DNA of 46,471 bases from Nemertoderma westbladi (taxonomy: Eukaryota > Animalia > Xenacoelomorpha). Within the stretch, counting starts at the first letter, position 1. Each line of letters starts with the position of its first letter. The notes under the pieces are model-generated. The model made no database searches, had not been told where the DNA came from, and worked only from the letters and a program-made list of their open reading frames with translations. Where the stretch lies: the NCBI GenBank assembly GCA_032718475.1, contig JAUCBJ010003817.1, positions 1 to 46,471 of the forward strand, in the 5' to 3' direction. A program made the translations under genes and the position numbers. Positions 24,083 through 39,000 of the stretch are shown here, one piece after another.

Positions 24083-27000
24083 TTATTCGACTGTCCCTAT
24101 TGGCTCAAATAAGATGCTCTTTCGATTATCAGCCACGTCGTTGGAGAACTTTTCTGGTGATGTCTTCCCTGAAATAAACAAAATAGGTAGGATCTGGTAG
24201 GATCACATAGACCTACCGTAAATATTATTTCCCATTGTATTTAATTTTGAAACTTTCAAATTTTTTGAACATGCAAATTAATCAAATTATTATGTTCAAC
24301 TTTCATTGGATATGGTAAACCCAGACGCTCCCTCCCGATATAGTTTTTCAGTAGCTACCGGTACTAGTTTCTACCTCTGTATAAAAACAATTTTATTGAA
24401 AACTAACGTAAAGACCCACATATATACGTATAGCAATAATCAAACGTTCTTAAAATAGGTGTAAAGAATAATCAATCATTATATATTTGTAATCAATTAC
24501 TTTAACAATAATTAATTTATCACTGTTTTTGTTTATACGAATCGGTTTCAATTCATCACTTTGTAATAAAATCGTTGTGAGATATTTTTTCCCCTGTCGT
24601 AAGTTGTCATCATTTTTCCTTTAATTGTTTTAAATGTTCTGCTGTAAATATGTTTCGTTTATTTATTATAATGTATGAAAAATTGTTTGGTGTTTCTTAT
24701 CTTTTTACATTTTTCTGATTTTGCATTTTCAATATTAAATACGTAAAGATAAATTACAAATTATTAATTATTTTAATTACTACAAGGAATTTAGTAACAA
24801 TAGCTTCTTGGGTTGGTAAATATTTTCTTACCCAGCAACCAATATGTTAGAACTTCACCCTTCCCTTTCATTGCCACCAATCCTCTTTCTTCTAAAATAT
24901 ATCCCCCAATCTGTTCCAGAATCGCGCAGCATTGAGAACTAACATGAATCTTTAGAGATTCTCCATTGGATTCCATTCTAGATGCTGTATTTACAGTATC
25001 TCCAAAGAGACAATATCTTGGCATGGTCAATCCAACAACTCCAGCTACAACTGAACCTGGTGTAGAATATGTAAGAACCAGAGGATGAAAGTAGAATTTG
25101 ATCCGTTATAATAGGAAATCATTATCATTTATGATTATTTATTAAGGTGGTCGATGTTACGTAACTTATAATATTGGAATAATTATTATCATTAAAGTCA
25201 GATCAGGAACTATGCTCCCCCAATTATAAATTATACCTACTTTTCTTGTACATACCAGGTACCGGTACCCAGAGACAGACAGACTATACCTTCATACAAC
25301 AATAACTTACCCGAATGAATCCCGATTCTAAGCTGCAGTTTCTCCTTCGGTTTGTGCCGAATAACGAAACTTCTAATAACCTCCAGCAGCGCTAATGACA
25401 TTGAGGATATTTCACCTATTGAAATAGCCATAAAATTATTATATTATACCACATATATTATATTATACCACATATATTATATTATACTACATATATTATA
25501 TTATACCACATATATTATATTATACCACATATATTATATTATACCACATATTATATTATAGTACACCACATATATAATATTATACCACATATATAATATT
25601 ATACCACATATATTTTTATTATACCACATATATTATATTACACCACTTATATTATATTACACCACATATATTATATTATACCACATATATTATATTATAC
25701 CACATATATTATATTATACCACATATATTATATTATACCACATATATTATATTATACCACATATATTATATTATACCACATATATTATATTATACCACAT
25801 ATATTATATTATACCACATATATTATATTACACCACATATATTATATTATACCACATATATTATATTATACCACATATATTATATTATACCACATATTAT
25901 ATTATAGTACACCACATATATAATATTATACCACATATATAATATTATACCACATATATTTTTATTATACCACATATATTATATTACACCACATATATTA
26001 TATTACACCACATATATTATATTACACCACATATATTATATTACACCACATATATTATATTATACCACATATATTATATTATACCACATATATTATATTA
26101 TACCACATATATTATATTATACCACATATATTATATTACACCACATATATTATATTATACCACATGTATTATATTACACCACATATATAATATTATACCA
26201 CATATATTTTTATTATACCACATATATTATATTACACCACTTATATTATATTACACCACATATATTATATTACACCACATATATTATATTATACCACATA
26301 TATTATATTATACCACATATATTATATTATACCACATATATTATATTATACCACATATATTATATTATACCACATATATTATATTATACTACATATATAT
26401 ATATATTATATTACACCGGTTAGAGCTGCTGCTTTATTTCTTTGTTTTTGTTTGGCATTTTAATTGATTATATTATTTTTGAAAATTACTACGACTGTTT
26501 TGAAAAATTAACATCCAGAAAGTTTCATTCAGAAATTCAAACAAAAACTTTCATTTGTTTGTATATTTTCATACAACTATAAAAAACCACTACTATAAGT
26601 TTAGATTAAAACATAGTTTATGTTATAAACCCAACAAATTAAAATCATCTAATTTCAACCATAGCCGTGTATTTTACACTCTTTGATACTTTCGTGTATC
26701 GAATCCACTATTAGATCTGAAAATTTCTAAATTTCTAAAAAAAATTCCCTTTGTACTTGGGTCTCGATTTAATGATAAATCCATCGCTCTTCCAACTGAA
26801 GTTACAACCCCTAGGGGTGAATTATGATCGTGACGGATGCCCCCCCTCCCAAGTTGGCAAACCAACTTGAAGGTGATTTTCTACTTACCAGCATGAAGAT
26901 TTCCATTTCTAATGGGTAAGCCACTCACAACCATATATGCGTCGCCAATGGTTTCAACTTTATAAACATCAAATTTGGCACTGATTGAATCAAAGCATGT

Positions 27001-30000
27001 GTACAAATCATTGAGGAAGTTAACAACCTACAACCCCAATAACAAAATAACATAGACATTGTTTGTTAAAAATATCAAACATCTGCGATTACAAATAGTT
27101 ATAAATAAGTTGTTTCATTACCTCAATCGGTGTGGATTCCGAACTCAACTTTGTGAAACCGACAATGTCGCTGAAATATATTGTCACGCAATTATAGGTT
27201 TCCGCGTCAACTTGGTTACCTTGCATCAACTGATTAGCGACAAACCTACATGAAATACAATCACATTATAGCTACTATGTTTCTTTGTATTTTATCACGT
27301 GTGAAGAATACGATCGTTTAACTGAAACCTACGTTAAATACGGGTTGAATCTATAAATCTAACCAAAACAATAATAAACGAATTAATAACACTAATAAAT
27401 AATAATTAAATACTTCAAAAAAAAACATCTTTATATTTTATATATAAAATTACTGTAAATTTTAATTTCAACTGAGATGTGAACAAACACCTGTGGAAAC
27501 TTTACATTGTCGATGAGTTATTCAGAACGATACCGTAATACTGCAATAACGTATCGTTAGACATGTATTTATTGTAAACTTATTATATGTATCGTTGGAG
27601 ACTAACAAACTCCGATAACGAAGTGATTAGGAAGATTCTTACTTTGGTAACATTCGATTGAGTAAATTATCCGTTTTCTTCTTCTCTTCGATTAACATTC
27701 CGGTTCTTTCTTCAACTATCCCTTCGAGGTTGTTGGTATATTTCTCCATCATAGTAATCATATTGTCAATAATATTTGAATTTCTACGAAAATGTTAACG
27801 AAATCTTATTTATTATCCAGGATAAAGATGGATTTCGGAACTTTGTATTTGATTTGTTTGTAAAACAACTATAATATCAAATGCTATTATGACCAATTCC
27901 TTACCAAATTCACGAGCACACTAGCGCATCAACTCACGACTATTATAGTCGTGAGTTGATAAAGGGTTGTTGCCCGAAATATACTTATATCCAATATTGG
28001 TTTTACATTTTAAGGGTAGCAATTCAACAAAGATTTTGACAATTTATGTGTAGATGTTGTGGAAAAATGGTGTTAAAAATAACAAAATGCAGTTAAATTT
28101 CTGGAAAATATCGTGTTGCAACGTACGGAGTGGTGCGAAAAAAAAAACTTCAAGGAAAGTTGCGACGTGTCCATTTTCTATAGCTGTACAAACAAACAGA
28201 CAGACAAACTGAGCGTATAGGATCGCAGGGGGGTCCCCTTCTTTACCCCCTGAACGTAATTTGTTGGTACTGTTAGAAAGCTGAGATTCCAAATATGTAC
28301 AACAATTTGAATTTAGTTGGGAAATAGCTGAGATACAGTATAAGCGTCCAAATGTTGCATGGTTTTGCACCTGTATGTATAAGTCTATTTTAGTCTATTT
28401 AATAAATACATCATTATTCTGGAACATAAATAGTTGATATTTAAACATTTTTTGGAAGGATACTTACTGTCCAACCCTGATTGGCTTCAGTGAGCATTTG
28501 ATGGTCTTATAACTGGGTCTCAATTCTAGGTCTTCATTAAGGCATTCCTCAATGCAATTGACAACGACAGGCGGTAAATCCAATTCCTTAACGTTTGGTC
28601 GCAATGGAGGTGAACAATTACCCAGTATTATTGTATCAATAATCCCTATTGAGTGGAAAATGTAACTGGTATATCTTATACAAATCATATCGCACGTACA
28701 GTATGTATACGGTATATATACTCGATTGACTCAATAACATATACGAAATATGTTATTCAGTCCACCGCCTATTGTATGTATATAAATGCCGTACCTTTAT
28801 TAGTCATATTAGTTCCTTCATAAGGTCCATTGCGGGTATATATTTCGCATAAAATTATTCCGAACGAATAAACATCGCCCTTAATCGTACCGCCTATAGG
28901 AATTGATTCTCCCAATCTTAGTAGTTCCGGCGATGTCCAAAACTTATCTGCAATAGGATTATACAGGATAACAGGTCAGGAACAAAGTTCCAACTCCCTA
29001 CAAAGTTAATGCCAGGAACACAAGGTTTCAACTCATGACTGTCAGGGAGTCTTAAATTTTTTTAAACTGATATTATATAAAATTAAACTAGGAAGTATTT
29101 TTTACGGCTTATCATTCATTAATTGTTTGTTCTAAGTCGGGAGATACAATAGATTACCCCCCCCCCCCCCCCACACCCCCAGCCGAGATGATTGGCAGGA
29201 CTATCAATCTCCTCCTGGTTGAAGGAGATTAATTCCCACAGTCACCTTGACCGCGACTCTTTAATTGGCATAAAGTTCATTAAATTTATTTATTATGATT
29301 AAAATGATTCCCAGCGACGTCATATTTGCCAATATAAACAGTAAATAAGTTCACATTGTACAATATAATTATGATTCACAATCAGTTTCTGCTTTCTTAT
29401 ATAATTCCGATGTATTCATTTTTTTTAATAATACACCTCATTCGCAGCTAAGATCTTGTATAAATTTACGCACTCCGCGGCGTGGTTACGTTACAGGGGC
29501 GTAACTAAATTATGATATGAAACACTATAATGAGCATTTAAGTGAACAAACTGAAAAAAAACGGGTTGTGTGCATCAGATATGCTTTCTAATGATATAAA
29601 TGACGTCTAATGTTACGAATGGCCACAATAAGAAGGATGAGAGTTCGCAAGTAACACCTCTTTAAAATGCTGATATAATATATATGGGTCGTTTGCACAA
29701 AAAGTGGATAAATTCAAGGTTAAAAATTTTTTTCGCCAACCCTATCAAATCATACATATTTCGAAAGCCCTTAGCGTGCTGATTTCAAATTTCATAGTGT
29801 TTCATTTTTTCTACCAATAGTAAAAAAGTTATGGACGAAAAACGTATGTCTCGTCGGTAACGCTTTGTCTCATATAAATTTCCTTATTTAAACATGCGTT
29901 ACGTTTTGGACATGTCTCACCTGTAACGAAAGTGTAACGACCGTTTATTTGCGTTACATATTTATGTGCATGCTTTACAAGTGAGACAGCGTTACAATGC

Positions 30001-33000
30001 GTTACATACCGTTACGTGCAGGACAATTGGGGACATGCTTAGCAATCTCATTAGGTTAAAGGGAAAGCTTGACTTTGTATATCATTAGATAGCGCCTTCA
30101 GAAACGGTCTAAAATTTTTAAATGAAGTAAATTTAAATTTTATCTATAACTATAAAAATCAAATTCTGTCTCTCTATCTCTCTCGCTCTTTCTCTCTCTC
30201 TCTCTGTGTTCGAACTCTTCCAAAACGGGCAGAGGGATTGCGCTGGAACTTGGCATGTGTGTATAACTTTAACCAGCGGTCGTTATAGGCCACTTTTCGA
30301 AAAGTTTAATTCACGTTCGGTACCGGTACTAGGTACCGGTACGTCAGTAGGCCTATACTCTCTGTGTTCGAACTCCTCCAAAACGGGCAGAGGGATTGCG
30401 CTGGAACTTGGCATGTGTGTATAACTTTAACCAGCGGTCGTTATAGGCCACTTTTCGAAAAGTTTAATTCACGTTCGGTACCGGTACTAGGTACCGGTAC
30501 GTCAGTAGGCCTATACCGGTACCAATAGGCCTATGCCGGTAGCGGGAAATACCGGGTAACATGCCTCGGGTATTGCCTGCTAGTATTAGATAAAGATACA
30601 ATAGTAAACGTTTTCGACCTACCGGTCTGCATCAGACTATGTACTGGCAACTAACAGGAAAAGGTGGGGGTCTATATATATATATATATAAGTTTTAAAG
30701 GGGAATACCTGATAGGTGAATCCCAGAAAGGTTAACGTGTATGTATGTACTGTATAACGTAAGGGGTGATAGGGAAAGTACACCGAGTTAGTTGTAAGCT
30801 GTCAATCTAAAGTACAAATATAGGGTTGCAGGTTGGGTTATAAGGATGGGAGAAGTTGATAGGGAAATCCCAGGAGTTGTCATGTGTCTACATACTGAAT
30901 GGTATAATTGGATTAGGTAGGTTACATAGGATTATGAGGTATCTACTTAAAGCGCATGGTTAGGTAGAATGCAACATAATGATAGCTGTAATTTTTACAG
31001 AGTAAGAAATCACAAGAAACAGAAAAACCAAGACAAAAACAAAAAGGAAGGTAGGGGAAAAGCACATAAAAACCCCGGAAATTCGCTATAGAGGGCACTG
31101 TAGTTGTGTAAGATATAGAATATAGGGTGTATTATATAAAACGTTGGGTTTAGATTGCTGGTCTTGCTACGTTAAGTGGGGGGTTGTATGTATAGATTAG
31201 GTTAGCTTCCGTCGCTAGTATTCTTATAAAAATGAAACGCGCCCACTCCCAATCCAATCCTTTTAATAAGACTAGTTAATTTACGGTTGTTGTTATCACA
31301 AATAGGCGATTATTAATAATTCTCGGAGATGAAAGGGTGATCTTCCACAGTAAACCCTTCCACTCCGTTTCTTAAAGGATGCCTGTTCACCACCATGGGT
31401 GATCTTCCACAGTAAACCCTTCTAAAGGAATGCCTGTTCACCACCATGGTTGATCTTCCACAGTAAACCATTCCACTCTGTTTCCTAAAGGAATGCGTGT
31501 TCACCACCACGGGTGATCTTCCACATTAAACCATTCCACTCTGTTTCCTAAAGGAATGCTTGTTCACCACCATGGGTGATCTTCCACATTGAACAATTCC
31601 ACTGTTTCCCAAAGGAATGCCTGTTCACCACCATGGGTGATCTTCCACAGTAAACCCTTCCACTCTGTTTCCTAAAGGAATGCCTGTTCACCACCATGGG
31701 TGATCTTCCACATTAAACCATTCCACTCTGTTTCCTAAAGGAATGCTGGTTCACCACCATGGGTGATCTTCCACATTAAACAATTCCACTGTTTCCTAAA
31801 GGAATGCCTGTTCACCACCATGGGTGATCTTCCACAGTAAACCCTTCCACTCGGGTTCCTAAAGGAATACCGATTCACCACCACGGGTGATCTTCCACAT
31901 AAACCCTTCCACTCTGTTTCCTAAAGGAATACCTGTTCACCACCATGGTTGATCTTCCACAGTAAACCCTTCTACTTTGTTTCCCAAGTTGCCTTGGTTC
32001 CCCTTTACCAACCATCCAAGGATGAAAGCCCGGGTTGGGCTAGGTTGCAGCATTTAAAGCACAGTGCCCAAATACTGCTGCCCCCATCTAGAGATCGAAC
32101 CAGGGCTTCCTGAATGGAAGCCCAGGAATGTCACCACTAGACCAAGCTGCTTATTAGTTATAGTAATTAGTTACTAATTATTATTTAATATATAGGCATA
32201 TGATTTAAAGAAATTATTATTATTTCATCTCTAGAATTAATAACTGCCAATCCTTTAAATGTTCAATGAGTAAAATAAATGTTTTAAATTATGAAAAAAT
32301 ATTTTAAGTTATCAAAAATCATCAATAATCAATAGAAAATGTCAGATAATCGAATGAAACGTTTTATTATTTTTGCATGAAAATATATATTAAAATCTAA
32401 ATAAAAATCCGGGGTGGGAGTCCGTCCCCCTTTACCCCCCGGATACCGCTGGGGCAGCGCCCTTAGACCAAAAGATAAACTTCACAAATTGTGCGCACCA
32501 TAGAAATTAAATTTCTGGATCCGCCCCTGTCTGTATGTCTGTCTTTCGGTCTTTCTGACTATCCGACAATCTGTCCATCTTTAGGTAGAGGGGTTTTCCT
32601 GATCGCAGAATTCATTTCGCGTGTCAGTTTTAACATTTGATGACTTCCAAATTGTCTGTTTGGCAGTCAGTATGTCGGTTATATTTTGACGGACAGACTT
32701 ACAGGCATACAAACAGAAACGACGAGGCCAAATTTGAATATTGACAACAGAAAGGAAGTCACCGACCACGTTTGCTTTTTATTGACTGACAGACATACTG
32801 ACGGACAAGCCAACAGTCAATCGGACAGACAGCCATATCTCGAGAAGTAAGACATATCTTGTTAAACGGTTTTCAAATTTGGAATCTTAATAAATATTTG
32901 CTCTAGATGAAACAGAAAAAACAAATTTGAAAAGAAAGTGGGTGCCTGTACTACACTCCCCTTAAATAGTTGAAAAATTCAAAATTTACATGGCAACATA

Positions 33001-36000
33001 ATTATGATTTATTAAACATTAAATTATTATAAGTAAATAAAAACAAATAAGTAAGTAAACCAGATATTAAAAACGTTAATGCATTTCAAAATCTTCAAAA
33101 CTGAAGATATTGTCGAAAACCCATCGAGAATCAACAGTTAGAAATAGGGCGACCGGCTTACCGTAAGCTACATCTATGTGTAGGGGTTGTGGACGTGTAG
33201 TAGGCGTAGCATTCTTAAAAATGCAGCTGCAATGCAGCATGCCGATCCTAGTAGTAGGCGTAGCATTTAGTGAATATATCGTTATAATCGGCCTGCTCCA
33301 TTGCAGCTCAGCATTGGGATGATATAACGGTTTAACAATGAATTTAAGCCGCCCCCATGCAATCAACAATTGGCTTGCTGTGATGCAACGTGCATTAAGA
33401 ATGCTATGCCGGCTTGTCGACAAAATTATTAATCCTTATTCCACAACTCCTTATCCCCCATGACTTTCTCGAGATTATCCACAAATCCAAGGACAGTGTC
33501 CTTTAAGATGCGTCTTAAAGAAAGTCATGGGCTGCCCACCTTGTTTATTTTCTCCAAGAGGCTGCCAGATCACAACATTGTGCACAGGCTGGTCCTCACG
33601 GCGATAGCCAAATGTTCCGCGAAGCAGAGGTGGCCCTACTCAAGTCTCAAGCCCAAATCAATGAGACACCTACAATTATATAGTGTCTTGTTAGAAATGT
33701 TTGTGCATTATACTCGACATAATGAACCCGGCGAAGCATTCTTGCATATGAATGCGCCATCCTGATATTTGAAACCCACACCAGTTAGAGCCCATCATGG
33801 ACTCCAATATAAGAGTACTGGTTCTACTGCTGCTCTAAATAGTCGAACCTTAAGGGCGGATGATAGAGTTGAGGGTCTTGGGAAAACTAGCTCTTTGTTT
33901 TTCCTTCCATGTATAATAGAAATATCATAGGTAATAAACAATAACCAGTAATAGCACTAGTCTGATTCTATCTCTGTACTGAGATATTAATAATCGTCTA
34001 ACGTATTCCGTTAAAACTAAAGCTGTCCCTCCCGTTTGAGAAACATGGGGCTGAAATATAAATTGGTATTACACCAGTATAAACTACTATAATAGTTCGA
34101 GAGGGGTTTGGGTTATTGCTATCCTGGCCAATGGGAGATCGCGTGTGCTACTCAGCCATTGGCTGTTGCCTTGAAGATTGTTTGTATAGTTTGCTGATAG
34201 TGTTAATGTCCCTTCTCTCGCTATAATGTGTTGGCATCGGTTTGTAGTTAGCAACCTGATGGCTATAGTAGGTTGTTATATGCACCAATAAATAGAGATA
34301 GAACAATAGGTTTAACATATAGTACAAAATGATAGCTTGCGCGGCCATCTAACTATCCTGCTTATGGTTTCTTTAGCAGGCTCCATCATAGTAAGTTGAC
34401 CTTTGGGGTTTGGCATACAATCGGGGTGCTAACAGATTTTCCCACTTTAATTAATACCTTATCTGAGGTGACATATTGGTTTTTGGGGTGATGAAGTGCC
34501 CCAGGGTTAATCCCGTAACAACCATCAACAGTTGATACAAATGTCGTCGAACCATCGTATACTGATCCTGATTGCTGCAATAATTTCCTATGAGATCCCA
34601 TATAATGCAAGCATCGTGAACATACTGATCGAGAGACTGAATCGAAAGCCTTAAAGAAGTCAACAAAGAAAACAGCCAGATGCCTATCTTTCTTTTTTGG
34701 TAGCAGTATTAAGTGCGGTAGCCTCATAAACAAAAAGTGGAGAAACAGCATGATCAACTGCGAGGCATACAGCTCGTTTAACCTAATTGGTTCGGACCAC
34801 AGAATTGTGACTGCAGAGATCAGACTCAGTTTGAGAGCCAGCAAACCCAGGACAAAGCAAGCAAATCAAATATGACTGGGAAAAACTCAGAACTGACAAT
34901 GCTGTAAAGGATGCTCATACAGTAGAAGTTCAAAACCGCTTTGAAGCACTTCAGTCAATGGATGAAGAACAATCCACCAATTCAATATACCAGAATATAA
35001 TAACAGCCCACAAGGAATCAGCTAAGAGGCATATCCCCCAGAAACCCAAACGAAAACAATATGTGCCATGGCAAAACTCTGAGGTTACTTGTAAGAGAGA
35101 AGATCTTAATACAGCCTACAAAGTTAAAACTGAACAACCGAAAACATTAACAAGGTTGAGAAAGCTAAGGACGATCTTAAATTGGCCTACAACATCATCC
35201 AGGAAAAGTACATACAGGATAAAACTGAAGCAATTACAACTGCTCACATACAGCAACAATCAAGACTTACCTGGCAAACTGTAAATGAGGTATCTGGTCG
35301 GAAAAGTTGTGCAAAGGGGCGCCTCAAAGCCGATAGTCCTGAAGAACGTGTTGGGAAGTGGAAAAATCACTTCAGCAACTTGCTTGGGCAGCCACCAAAC
35401 ATCGAGGTCAGCCCTACAAGGAAAATATATGACAAGACACTACCTATAGAAACAGGGGACTTCACACCTGCCGAACTCCAAAGAAGCATTAAAAGCATGT
35501 CCAATAATAAAGCGAGTGGATTAGATGAAATCCCAGCGGAGGTATGGAAAACCGGAGTGCTAAACAGACCATTATTGAATGTTTGCAACCGGATGTTGAA
35601 AGGGGAAAAGCCACCACCAATTTGGACTAAAGGTCAACTAAAGCCTCCCCCCAAGAAAGGAGACCTCGGCATACCAACAAACTATCGTGGGATCTGTCTG
35701 CTTGTGGTAGCTGCCAAAATATACAATAAAATGATTCTATATAGGATTAGGCCTCACATAGAGAAACTACTGCGTAAGAGCCAAAACGGATTTCGACCAA
35801 GTAGATCAACAATAGCTCAGATACTTGCACTACGGAGACTGATTGAAGGAATTAAGTCAAAGAATCTCCCCGCTGTCATGAATTTTGTGGACTTCAAGAA
35901 GGCATTCGACTCCATCCATAGAGGTAAAATGCTTGAAATCCTAAGAGCTTATGGAATACCAGAAGTAATTGTTGCTGGCATTGGATTGTTATATTGTGAC

Positions 36001-39000
36001 ACAGAAGCGCAGGTACTCTCACCAGATGGTGAAACTGAGTTTTTCTCAATCCTGGCTGGCGTACTGCAAGGTGACACATTAGCACCATTACTATTTGTAA
36101 TTGTGCTGGATTACGCAATGAGGACGGCCACAAAGGGTGAAGACCTGAGAACGCAGAAGTAGTAGATATCCGGCAACTACAGTCACAGACACCGACTTTG
36201 CAGATGACATCGCCCTGCTCTCTAATACCCTAGCAGATGCACAGCTTCTACTAAATAAAGTGGAGAGGGCTGCTAAGGAGGTTGGATTGCATATAAATGC
36301 TACAAAGACCGAATTCATGACCTTTAATGTTGATGGAAACTTGACAACCATTGATAATAATCAACTAAGGAAGGTCGATGACTTCCAGTACCTTGGATCA
36401 TGGATAGAGAGTAGCAAAAAGGACATAGAAGTTAGGAAAGCAAAGGCTTGGGTAGCTCTATCAAAAATGGATATCATCTGGAAATCAGATCTCTCCAGGC
36501 ACCTGAAGACTAAGTTCTTTCGAGCCACAGTGGAAAGTGTATTTTTATATGGGGGTGAGACCTGGACACTGACTAAATCACTTGAACAACGAATTGATGG
36601 TTGCTACACAAGACTACTAAGGGCAGCCCTAAACATCAGCTGGAGACAACACATGACAAACACCGAGCTTTATGGTACAATACCGCCTGTATCAACCACC
36701 CTCCGTGAACGCAGATTAAGATTCTGTGGGCACTGCTGGCGAAGTAAAGACGAGGTCATACCATGTCTGGCAACCAACTCATGGAAAGCGTAGTCGTGGA
36801 CGACCGGCCATATCATATATAGATCAACTTGAAAGGGATACTGAAATTAGGAGAAACGAAATTGCGACAACTATGGAGAATCGGGAAGCCTGGAAGGATC
36901 TCATTTCCACTGTCCGAGTTCGCTCGACCTAGTAGTAGTAGTAGTATTAGTGCGGTAACGAACGACTATTGGCAATGAACGACTATACAATACCGGTACC
37001 GGTATGATTACAAAATGTTTCCAAATTATTAAAAATAATTACTATTAATTAGTTAAGTAAGTCAATATAGCGATGTAATATAAGAGTTAAGATACATTTT
37101 AAATACATAATCACTCCAGTTGATACTCGGGCATTATGGGTACACCTTGGGTACCCATACTTTGACCAATTTCTTTCAAATGAAAAAGGCTTTTATCGCT
37201 TTTTCTATAACAAATATTTGACCTTCTGACAGTAGGATGATAGATAATAATTTTGATTTTGTGTTAGCTAGTACTTTTTTTAGCTAAAGAAAAAAATTAA
37301 ATTTCAAATTTTTGTATAAATGTGAAAATTTGTGAAAAACTTGTGAAAATGACTGTTGTCATGAGAGTTTTTGTTCTAGAACAAATATTTTACCTTCTGT
37401 CGGTAAGATGGTAGCTAGTAATTTTGATTTTGTGTTAGCCAGTACTTTTTATAAGATATTAAAAAAATAAAACTTATTTAGGACATTAAACACAAAGCTG
37501 TGTTGGTGTGTTATAAGTTCTAGATTCAAAATACTGCAGTTTCTAAGAGGTCTAATCATTTAAAATTACGGTTTATTTAATAAGGGTTGTATGATGATTT
37601 CTGTACTATTTAATTTTTTTTCCAAAAAATGTTCTAAAACAAAAATATGTGTTCTAGAACAAAAATGTTTATCAAAATGTATAGCTAGCAAATCTTCTAT
37701 AGCATTTATAAAAAAAATAGCAAGAACTAGCTACTGTAATATAAAAAATCTGGTCAATTGGTACCCAAGGTGTACCAATGCCGATACTCGTTCGCTGCTT
37801 GATCTTGATTGATAGAAAGACAGCGCGTTCTAACTCTTAAATAAAGGCTAGAGTTCCGTATGCAGTCGCATTTGATATTAATTAATTAAATTATGTACTT
37901 TTTGCATAGTAATATTACCACCGACTTCATTGCAACATTTTTCAAAAAAAATATTGTCTATACAGTATACTGTAATATATAATATCTAATCGACTAGCAA
38001 AAAAAAAGCAAACAGTCGGCCGAAGCCGGAGGCGACCCGAAGGCTCTCCTATTTCGATAGCTGCTACCCGAGGGTAGGGGTGGGCTTGTTTTAATTTTTT
38101 GATAAATGATTTATTAGGCGCTACATTTTATGGTTGCTAGTGTTTTTTTTACTAGCTAGTATCTTTTGTAATTATAAAAAATGTGAAAACATTGTTGCAT
38201 TTCAGGTTTTAACTGTTGCAGAATATATTAATGACCAAAAATAGTGATAGCATTATAGCAGTTTACATTTTTTGCATGGTAAAAATGATTTATGTTCTAA
38301 AAAATGTAGTATTTTTTAATTACTAGCCATTTTAAATATGAAAAATGTCTAGCTATATGCTCTAGAGCATTATATTTTTTATTTTATTTATGATCTAGAA
38401 TAGTGTATAATAATTATATTTTGATCTAGAACTCTACATTGTTGCCCTGGTAACAATGATTTATGTTTTGAAAATGCGACTGCATACGGAACTGTTCCCT
38501 AAATAAATAATTAAAATGCAGTTGTTCCCAAAGTAAATTTTAATGGAAAATCATTATGTCCTCCTCAACTCATGAATGCTGAGCCTCTGTGAAATTTAAA
38601 TTAATATATGTTCTAGAATATTTATGATGTAAGTATAGGTAAAGAATGCAGGATATCATTATTTCTTTGTTTGTTTTTGGTTTGTTTTTTGCATCATATA
38701 GGTAATCTAATTTAATCTGTGAGTGACTCGCATCATATAGGTAATCTAATTTAATCTGTGAGTGACTCCACCAGTGTCTGTACGCTGTAAGTAACCCGCA
38801 TGGAATACTGTTTAGTGAAAGTCGGTCCGCACACTTTCTCTAACCATTTCCTGAAGTCGACCTTGCTTCGTTGCAATAAAAGGAACTTAGAGACCAATTG
38901 ATAGGCCTTCGTGTAACCGTGACTTTTGAGTTTTCGAGCAAATGTCTGGCCGATTCCCAGCACCATACTAACACCGTAGCTACCAGTAACTCTCCGAATC

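Noticed and set aside
34386-34844. 152-aa ORF or twin-priming inversion of the RTE
   Set aside because: It is chimeric. The antisense RT piece is diverged from the + strand copy and lies outside its TSD, so it is an older separate insertion.
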